Positions 1-6,265 of a stretch of DNA of 33,316 bases are shown here, in pieces. Below the pieces are notes generated by a model. The model was given only the letters and a program-made list of their open reading frames with translations. It did no database searches and was not told where the DNA came from. The stretch is from Candidatus Eiseniibacteriota bacterium. Lineage in GTDB: Bacteria; Joyebacterota; Joyebacteria; Joyebacterales; Joyebacteraceae. A program made the position numbers and the translations under genes. Every line of letters begins with the position of its first letter. The stretch's first letter is position 1. The DNA lies in the NCBI GenBank assembly GCA_043819135.1, contig JBDRFG010000100.1:1-33316 (forward strand), in the 5' to 3' direction.

Positions 1-561
1 GTCGTAGTAGACGGCCTTCATGTCGATGAGGTCGATGATGCCGCGGAAGGTGTCTTCCGAGCCGATGGGGAGAACCACGGGCACCGCGTTCGCGCCAAGC
101 TCTTCACGGATATCCGCGACCACGCCCTCGAAGTCCGCGCCTGTTCGGTCCATCTTGTTGATGAAGGCGATCCGTGGCACGCGGTACTTCTCGGCCTGGC
201 GCCACACGGTCTCGGATTGAGGCTGGACCCCGCCAACGGCACAGAAGAGCGCCACGCTGCCATCCAGCACTCGGAGCGAGCGTTCGACCTCGGCCGTGAA
301 GTCGACGTGGCCCGGCGTATCGATGATGTTGATGCGGTGGTCCTTCCAGTAAGCGGTCGTCGCTGCGGAGGTGATGGTGATGCCACGCTCCTGCTCCTGC
401 ACCATCCAGTCCATCGTCGCCTCACCGTCGTGCACCTCGCCCAGGCGGTGCGTTCTACCCGCGAAGAAGAGGATGCGCTCGGTGACGGTGGTCTTGCCCG
501 CGTCTATGTGAGCCATGAGGCCGACGTTTCGGACCTTCGCGATCTCGTTGGAACGTGACAA
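1..561 (-). CDS. fusA: Elongation factor G, N-terminal GTPase part (runs off the left edge)
   Basis: Manual translation from TTG at 561 (RBS GAGGAG) gives [31 protein letters not shown]...[14 protein letters not shown]...[24 protein letters not shown]...[14 protein letters not shown]...FINKMDR. These are the EF-G G1-G4 motifs. The frame is open to base 1, so it is absent from the ORF track. Confidence 0.96.
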   Translation of the reverse strand, partial: MSRSNEIAKVRNVGLMAHIDAGKTTVTERILFFAGRTHRLGEVHDGEATMDWMVQEQERGITITSAATTAYWKDHRINIIDTPGHVDFTAEVERSLRVLDGSVALFCAVGGVQPQSETVWRQAEKYRVPRIAFINKMDRTGADFEGVVADIREELGANAVPVVLPIGSEDTFRGIIDLIDMKAVYYD

Positions 562-615
562 GTTCTCCTCCCACGCCGAGAGTAACAGAGGCGTTCGTCA
601 TACCGCGTCGGAGGC

Positions 616-644
616 AAGTTACCTTTGGAGTCGCCTTATGTCAA
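616..644 (-). promoter_or_regulatory. Sigma70-type promoter for fusA
   Basis: Minus strand reads TTGACA-N17-TAACTT, about 55 bp upstream of the fusA start. Confidence 0.65.
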
Positions 645-741
645 GTAGGGGAGACGTTCTTCGGTGAGGATGGCGATGCGGGCCGCGTGAACATCTCCCC
701 TCCAGGGAGGTGTAGTCTGCTGTGACGGACTCCTGAGGGCG

Positions 742-3234
742 TCAGGACCCCGTTGTGGTCCTCGGTCCCGATGCGGCTCCCGTCATGGAGTTGTTGACTG
801 ACTCTCCGAGCTCGAACCCCTTCATGGTGAGAAGCGTGAGGGCGGCGTCGACCACGCCTTCGTCGTAGAGGACTCCTCGTTTGTACCTGATCTCGGCCAC
901 CGCCGCCTCCGTCGGGAGAGCGGGGCGGTACGGGCGATACGACGTCATGGCCTCGACCACATCGGCGAGCCCGACTATGCGAGCCTCCATCGGGATATCG
1001 TCGCCCTGGACGCCGTCCGGATAGCCGGAGCCATCCATCCTCTCGTGGTGTCTCAGCGCCACTTCCGCGACCGGCCATGGGAACTCCAGATTGATGAGCA
1101 TACCGTGGCCGACCCGCGTGTGTGTCTTTATGACGTTGAACTCAAGCTCGTCGACCGGACCGGCCTTGACCAGGATCTCCGCTGGAATGCGCATCTTTCC
1201 GATGTCGTGCAGCATCCCGGACACGTACACGCCTTCGGCGTCCTCCGCGGACAGACCCATCTTGAGCGCTATTGCCCTGGAGAACTCCGCGACCCTTCGC
1301 TGGTGTCCGGCCGTGTACGGGTCCCTCAGCTCGGTGAGGCTGGATAGAGCGCGAACCGTGCTGTCGAGGGCTCGTCGCTGCTTCTCCAATGTGTCACCCA
1401 GGCCGGTCCGCGCACCCTCGCGCTGTCTGGCGCTGATGATGAGTTCCCCGAGCGTCGTGAGAAGCGACACGGGCTCGGAGCGCCACTCTCTCTCCGTATC
1501 GAACGTCGCGGCCGACATGGTTCCGACAACGTCTCCGTCCAGCATGATCGGGATGGCCACGGCGGAGCGCACGTGACCGCTTTCCAGGGCCGCCCTGAGA
1601 TCGTCGGCCTGAGGGGGAAGGTCGGCCAGGCTCGAGATCGTCACGGGATTGAACTCGAGCATCATCGCCCTGACCCAGCCGAACGACATCCAGGCGATGT
1701 CTCCGAACCCGCCCGCCTCGGGTCTCTCTGTGTCCGCGCTCCAGTCGTAGGAGCGCTCAACGCGGTCCGAGTCTGCCTTGAACACGCGCGCGTGGCAGCT
1801 GTCGAAGCAGAAGAACCTGCCGGCCGTGGCCAGCGTTCGGGTCACCGAGCCGTCCAGTTGGTCGGCGCGCAGATTGATGAACTCGGTCGATGCCCTGGAG
1901 ATGATCTGCTCGAACTTGAGACGTCTGCGGAGTTGGGCGTCGGCCTCGGCTCGGCGACTGGCGCCCGTGACAAAGGCGATGTTGCACATCGACCCATCAA
2001 GCACCATGGGAGTGGTCTTCACGTCCGCCAGAATGACCGTCCCGTCCTTTCTCAGGAAGGGGATGTTCTCCGCGAGCATGATCTCGCCTCTCGCCTGAGC
2101 AGCGAACGTCTCGAGCACGCGATCGAGGTCCTTGCTCGTGTGGACATCCGGAACGCTCAGGTCGTGGAGTCCGCCGGGTTCGTAGCTCAGCATGTCGTGC
2201 ATGGCCGGGTTGGCGTACTTGAGGCGCTTCGTGTCGACGTCGGCGATCAGAACGCCCTCTTGCGCCGTCTCCAGCACGCGCAGGTACCTCTCGTCAAGCT
2301 CTCTCGCCTTTGTGGCGAGCTCCAGGCGGGCGACGATGCCCGCCAGCAGTGCGGCGGCCGCCTCAAGAAGGTGTCTCTTCTCACCGAGAAAAGGACCCTC
2401 GTCAGCCTCCGGACGCTCCCCGACGTAGCCCACGTACAAAGAGCCGAGCGCTCTCCCGTCCGAGATGAGTTCGGCGGTATGATTCCACTTCGTCTCCTGG
2501 AAGTTTTCCGTGCAGTATTCCTTGTCACCCAGCGTCATCCTGACGCACGTGACCTCCGGGTACTGCCAGGCCTTCTGCAGGAGCTCTATGGCGCTGCACG
2601 CCACGTTCTGAGGGGATACGTCAGAGGCGGCTTCCACGCTTGCGATCCCGTAGAGGCACTTGAGTTCCTTGACTCGCTCGCCCTGCTCGCGAGTGCGCTG
2701 GCGGAGAGCCTCCGCCACCGCCATGATCTCCGAGGCGTCGCGCGCAGCCTCGATTGCGAAGACCACCTCCCCGCTCGAATCGAGCACAGGCGACATCAGG
2801 ACGTCCACCCATGCACGGGTCCCGTCCGCGGATGCAAGACGATGCCGTACAGACAGGGCCTTGCCTCGCCGAAAGACATCGTCCAGAAGGCATACCTCTC
2901 CACACTGGTCGCAGCGCTGATCACGTCCGTGCGTTATCTCGTGGCAAGTCCTCCCGACTACATCCTCCCGCGTGAGTCCGACCCCCGCTAGGAGGGTGCT
3001 GTTCACGTCGACGACCCGGCGGTCGCGGTCTATGACCATGATGGCTTCGTTGAGCGAATCCAGAAGGTACCGCGAGTGGAGTTCGGCGACCTCGGTCCCC
3101 GCGTGAACGGCGCCAGAGAACGAGCCGTTTTCCTTCAGAATGGGGTTCGTGCTGATCTCGACGCGCTGGCCCTCTCCCCGCGACTGGTCGTCGCCGTGCT
3201 GGGCTTCGTCTTTGTACGCGTCCGGCGGATTCAC
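742..3234 (-). CDS. PAS/GAF-containing HD-GYP cyclic dinucleotide phosphodiesterase
   Basis: C-terminus has RDPYTAGHQRRV...LHDIGK...HHERMDGSGYP...ADVVEAMTSYRPYR (HD-GYP). N-terminus has PAS, a GAF-like module, PAS and GAF. GTG at 3234 follows AGGAGG (ORF track start is 3258). Confidence 0.92.
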   Translation of the reverse strand: MNPPDAYKDEAQHGDDQSRGEGQRVEISTNPILKENGSFSGAVHAGTEVAELHSRYLLDSLNEAIMVIDRDRRVVDVNSTLLAGVGLTREDVVGRTCHEITHGRDQRCDQCGEVCLLDDVFRRGKALSVRHRLASADGTRAWVDVLMSPVLDSSGEVVFAIEAARDASEIMAVAEALRQRTREQGERVKELKCLYGIASVEAASDVSPQNVACSAIELLQKAWQYPEVTCVRMTLGDKEYCTENFQETKWNHTAELISDGRALGSLYVGYVGERPEADEGPFLGEKRHLLEAAAALLAGIVARLELATKARELDERYLRVLETAQEGVLIADVDTKRLKYANPAMHDMLSYEPGGLHDLSVPDVHTSKDLDRVLETFAAQARGEIMLAENIPFLRKDGTVILADVKTTPMVLDGSMCNIAFVTGASRRAEADAQLRRRLKFEQIISRASTEFINLRADQLDGSVTRTLATAGRFFCFDSCHARVFKADSDRVERSYDWSADTERPEAGGFGDIAWMSFGWVRAMMLEFNPVTISSLADLPPQADDLRAALESGHVRSAVAIPIMLDGDVVGTMSAATFDTEREWRSEPVSLLTTLGELIISARQREGARTGLGDTLEKQRRALDSTVRALSSLTELRDPYTAGHQRRVAEFSRAIALKMGLSAEDAEGVYVSGMLHDIGKMRIPAEILVKAGPVDELEFNVIKTHTRVGHGMLINLEFPWPVAEVALRHHERMDGSGYPDGVQGDDIPMEARIVGLADVVEAMTSYRPYRPALPTEAAVAEIRYKRGVLYDEGVVDAALTLLTMKGFELGESVNNSMTGAASGPRTTTGS

Positions 3235-3299
3235 TTGTGCCCTCCTGGTTGCGATCAAGCTGGTTCGCTGGCCCGACAGGCCGGAACGGGGTCACATAC

Positions 3300-3315
3300 T
3301 GCACCGCTCGTGCCA
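3300..3315 (-). promoter_or_regulatory. Sigma54 (-24/-12) promoter candidate for the HD-GYP gene
   Basis: Minus strand TGGCACGAGCGGTGCA has GG-N10-GC spacing and closely matches TGGCACG-N4-TTGCA. It lies about 65 bp upstream of the start. Confidence 0.55.
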
Positions 3316-3437
3316 TGCACCAGGCATGACCGGTGCAATCAGACTCCCGGTAGAATGAATTGCTGGGAAAGCGCGGGAATGGGCCGAGAGTGGCCGTCGG
3401 CAGAGCAGGAACGGTCAGCAGCAGGCGGTCGGGCTGC

Positions 3438-3983
3438 CTAGCCGCCGCCCTTGCAGCCCACGCGCTTCGCCCTGAGATGAGAATACTCGGGCAGCGCGGC
3501 GTCCGGCGCGGACGACGCCTCCGCGGCGAGAACATCCGCCAGTGACACGGATGCGAGGAGGTTCTGCGTCGTCTCTTCGCTGCGCTCGAGGAGATGCTTG
3601 ATTATCCCGGAGCCGCGGGTCGGGCCTTCGTACTGGTCGTCCAAGGCACCGGCCGCGGCTTCCGCGCCGTTGTCCCGGAACACAGTCACGACCTGCAGCA
3701 GAGAGATACAGTGTGGTGGCAGGCTCAGCCTCCAGCCGCCGCCCGGTCCTCTGGTGCTCCTGACGAGTCTGGCCGCGGCGAGGATTCTGAGTATGCGCGC
3801 GCTTCTGGCGTAGGTCGAAAGCGTGAGCGCGGCGAGGGTGTCGATTGTCATGCGTGACGGGCCAGACTCTGCGAGGCAGAGAAGCAGCCCAAGCGCATGT
3901 TGCATGCTCGGAGTGAGCAGAATCAGACTAGCCATTGCCGTAGCCGGCCTTTCGCCCTGACGGGAGTCAGCGGCTTCGTACAC
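3438..3983 (-). CDS. Rrf2-family winged-helix transcriptional regulator (no Fe-S Cys triad)
   Basis: ALGLLLCLA...ARILRILAAARLVRSTRGPGGGWRLSLPPHCISLLQVV...LASVSLADVL matches the Rrf2 pattern (LV.S.RG..GGY.L, C-terminal L...sLad). Start uncertain; alternative ATG at 3935. Confidence 0.8.
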   Translation of the reverse strand: MYEAADSRQGERPATAMASLILLTPSMQHALGLLLCLAESGPSRMTIDTLAALTLSTYARSARILRILAAARLVRSTRGPGGGWRLSLPPHCISLLQVVTVFRDNGAEAAAGALDDQYEGPTRGSGIIKHLLERSEETTQNLLASVSLADVLAAEASSAPDAALPEYSHLRAKRVGCKGGG

Positions 3984-4172
3984 GAGCTTGATCTGAGTCG
4001 TCGGGCGGCGCCGACCCCGGGGCAGTCACTCTTCGCGACGTTCGAATGAATCGCCGTCCTGAGCCTCCGTCAGGCCGTGCGCCGAATCTCGCTTCATGCC
4101 CACTTCCCACGTCGCGGTGGCCAGTTCAGGGCGCGATCGCCTCGTGGATGTCTGAGAGCAGGCGAGAGCGGC

Positions 4173-4739
4173 CTACCTGTTCCCGGCCTGCCGTTCCGTG
4201 TCCAGCATGTCAGCGAGTGACACGCCTGCAAGCGCGCGCACCAGCGGGGCCTCGCCGCGCCAAATGACACTGTCAAGCAGCGTCGATCCCCTGAGGATGC
4301 TTCTTTCGCCTGCGGTGCTCCCCTTGGGCGAGGCATCGTCGGCTCTGAGGGCTTTGATCACCTGACGGAGCGCTATGCAACTAGGTGGAACACTGAGTCT
4401 CCAGCCGCCTCCGGGACCGCGCGTGCTGCGAACGAGCTTTGCCTGCGCGAGCCGCCGGAGGATGCGCGCGACCGTAGCGTAGGTTGCGCAGGTGGCGTCC
4501 ACCAGAGCCTCGATGGTGACCCGGCCAGTGCCTGCGTCAGCAAGGGAGAGAAGAAGAGCGATGCCCAGCCTGGTGGAATCCGAAATGTGGGTGATGCCCT
4601 TCCGTGGGTCCGAGCGTGGCAACGGCCGCTGACGCAGAGTCTCCAGGGGCACAGACCCATGCTCCTGGCCTAGACTGCAGGATTGAAACTCGGCGGCATC
4701 ACCAGCGTTCAGCACCATTTTGTCACTGGCCATTCCCAT
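4173..4739 (-). CDS. Rrf2-family regulator, paralog of the neighbour, with an N-terminal extension
   Basis: ARILRRLAQAKLVRSTRGPGGGWRLSVPPSCIALRQVI...LAGVSLADML. RBS GGGAG precedes ATG 4739. Confidence 0.82.
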   Translation of the reverse strand: MGMASDKMVLNAGDAAEFQSCSLGQEHGSVPLETLRQRPLPRSDPRKGITHISDSTRLGIALLLSLADAGTGRVTIEALVDATCATYATVARILRRLAQAKLVRSTRGPGGGWRLSVPPSCIALRQVIKALRADDASPKGSTAGERSILRGSTLLDSVIWRGEAPLVRALAGVSLADMLDTERQAGNR

Positions 4740-4887
4740 AACTCCCTTCCCGAGACATCAAGCCTGGAGCCCATCCCCTTCGCACCTTGTCTTTCCAGTC
4801 CGGACCGCAGACCCCCAGTCTATGGTGTCCGTACGCCCTGTGGGTTGCATGTAGTCGTGTATATGTGCGTAGGGTTGTGCTGTCAAG
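4705..4887 (-). repeat. Degenerate direct repeat, copy A (promoter, leader and first codons)
   Basis: 4705-4762 aligns ungapped to 5694-5751 with 44/58 identities (hand count). The promoter boxes recur at offset 987. Confidence 0.8.
4858..4886 (-). promoter_or_regulatory. Sigma70-type promoter upstream of the Rrf2 pair
   Basis: TTGACA (4886-4881)-N17-TATACA (4863-4858). Identical boxes occur at 5845-5873. Confidence 0.6.
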
Positions 4888-5000
4888 TCATTCTTTTCCC
4901 GATAGGTAACTCTCGGGTACATCGTGACGTACCCGCCAGGGCATCGGCCAGGTCGTGGAAGTGCTCAATGAGGAGGGTCCGGACGTGATGGCTCGAACTG

Positions 5001-5147
5001 TTAGAGATCCTGACGAACGAGGCGATGAGACTCGAACAGCCGCTCAAGGTCCTCGGGGAGGATGCCACTGCCCGTGTCGCGCACTTCAGGGAAGGCGTTC
5101 TCGAGCTCTTCGATGAGCAAAGCCCCGGTTTCGTCGCTGCCGTTCAT
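5001..5147 (-). pseudogene. 48-aa ORF carrying a histidine-kinase HATPase G1/F-box fragment (remnant or small protein)
   Basis: MNGSDETGALLIEELENAFPEVRDTGSGILPEDLERLFESHRLVRQDL*. The start overlaps the upstream stop (TGATG) and follows a GAGGGG RBS. Confidence 0.5.
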
Positions 5148-5728
5148 CACTTCGTCCCCTCTGTTCGAACGGCGTGTGGGGGATTGCCCAGCACCGTCCT
5201 GAGCGTTCGCTCGAGCTGCGCCAGGTCGAGCGGCTTGGTGAGCAACATGACCGGGGCATGCTGGGCAGCCCTGTGCACCAGGCTGCTGTCCGGATACCCG
5301 GTGACTATCACGACGGGCAGATCCGGATGCGCTGGCCGGAGTTCGTCGAGGAAGTCGGCCCCGTTCATACCCGGCATTGCCATGTCGAGGAGGATCAGGT
5401 CCGGCACGCTGCGGGATACCAGCTCGAGGGCACCGCGCCCGCCGATCGCGCCCTGAGCCCGATAGCCGAGCCGCTCGACCACCCGCGATATCAAACGGAG
5501 GACCGCGGGATCATCGTCCACAACGAGAACCGTCCCAAGAGTGGTGCGCGGGCGTTGCTCCTCGAACCACCTCCGCAGGATCTCTCTGCTGAAACGCCAG
5601 TCCGTCCCCACTTTGAACGAGGGGATCTCCCCACGCCTCGCGAGTCTCCTCACTGTCTCAACATGAACCCCCAGAAGCGCGGCCGCCTGGGTGGCGTTCA
5701 TCACATTGTCGTCACTGGCCATTTCCAT
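5147..5728 (-). CDS. Response regulator: N-terminal excisionase-like (HTH_17/BldC-like) DNA-binding domain plus C-terminal receiver
   Basis: MNATQAAALLGVHVETVRRLARRGEIPSFKVGTDWRF is HTH_17-like. VLVVDDD...LILLDMAMPGMNG...IVTGY...LTKP is an intact REC domain. Confidence 0.93.
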   Translation of the reverse strand: MEMASDDNVMNATQAAALLGVHVETVRRLARRGEIPSFKVGTDWRFSREILRRWFEEQRPRTTLGTVLVVDDDPAVLRLISRVVERLGYRAQGAIGGRGALELVSRSVPDLILLDMAMPGMNGADFLDELRPAHPDLPVVIVTGYPDSSLVHRAAQHAPVMLLTKPLDLAQLERTLRTVLGNPPHAVRTEGTK

Positions 5729-5874
5729 TGCTCCCGTTCCAGGGCATCAGGTGTAGCGGCTTGTCTTCTTTGCGCTCGAGTCTTCTTGACAGGAGCACAG
5801 ATTCCGCCTCCGTGCCCGTGCCTCTCAGCTGTCGCGTGTGGTTGTGTATAGTTGAGTATTTGCGTGGTGTCAAG
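5694..5874 (-). repeat. Degenerate direct repeat, copy B
   Basis: Counterpart of 4705-4887. The encoded N-termini are MEMASDDNVMNA and MGMASDKMVLNA. Confidence 0.8.
5845..5873 (-). promoter_or_regulatory. Sigma70-type promoter upstream of the HTH-REC gene
   Basis: TTGACA (5873-5868)-N17-TATACA (5850-5845), overlapped by 10-bp-period repeats. Confidence 0.6.
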
Positions 5875-6207
5875 GCCCGTCTCTCCATTCCGCGTCCTCC
5901 CAGAACCAGTTGTATGAACGGCCTTGCGGGATCGCCCCATACGACGGTGGAACCACCCGGGCGGACCGCGCGTTGGTGGGTTGGCCAGGGACGTTCCTGT
6001 CTCGTGGCAACGGTGAGCGGGTCCAAGGATTGTTGCCCGGGCCGTAATTCCTGCATTGGTCCTTTGAGGGCGGGGAGGTTTGTGGCAAAGTGACTTTGAG
6101 TAGCTACCAGGGACGTGCGACCCAGAGGACCACGCCCGGGCCCGGACGGACGCACGACGCCCCGACCATCCCGACAATCGTCGATCTGAAAGTCCAGCCG
6201 TGCAGTG

Positions 6208-6222
6208 TGGTTCAACGATTGC
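6208..6222 (+). promoter_or_regulatory. Possible sigma54 promoter for the large hybrid kinase
   Basis: TGGTTCAACGATTGC has GG-N10-GC spacing with TTGC, about 45 bp before the AAGGAG-preceded start. The -24 box is imperfect. Confidence 0.3.
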
Positions 6223-6265
6223 CTGAGCGCTGGATGGCGGCCCAGGTGTGAAGGAGCGTGTCGTG

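Noticed and set aside
18..558. ORF-track calls 18..425, 20..220 and 217..558
   Set aside because: They are shadows of the fusA frame (1-561, minus strand).
691..713. Hairpin downstream of the HD-GYP gene as an intrinsic terminator
   Set aside because: The stem has a mismatch on the coding strand and no U-tract follows.
1573..2991. 472-aa plus-strand ORF and many similar overlapping ORFs
   Set aside because: These are antisense or alternate-frame shadows of well-supported genes, as expected in high-GC DNA, and have no recognisable motifs.
3983..4097. In-frame upstream ATG (4097) and TGA (4028-4026) before the first Rrf2 gene, followed by a small GTCGG/CCGAC hairpin, suggesting selenocysteine read-through
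   Set aside because: The context (ERREE*LPRGRRR) is not a redox motif and does not align to a Cys in the paralog. The hairpin is a poor SECIS. Chance or a decayed N-terminal extension is more likely.
5560..5728. Excisionase-like domain as evidence of a prophage or integrative element
   Set aside because: It is fused to a receiver domain, and no integrase, att site or phage gene is in the window.
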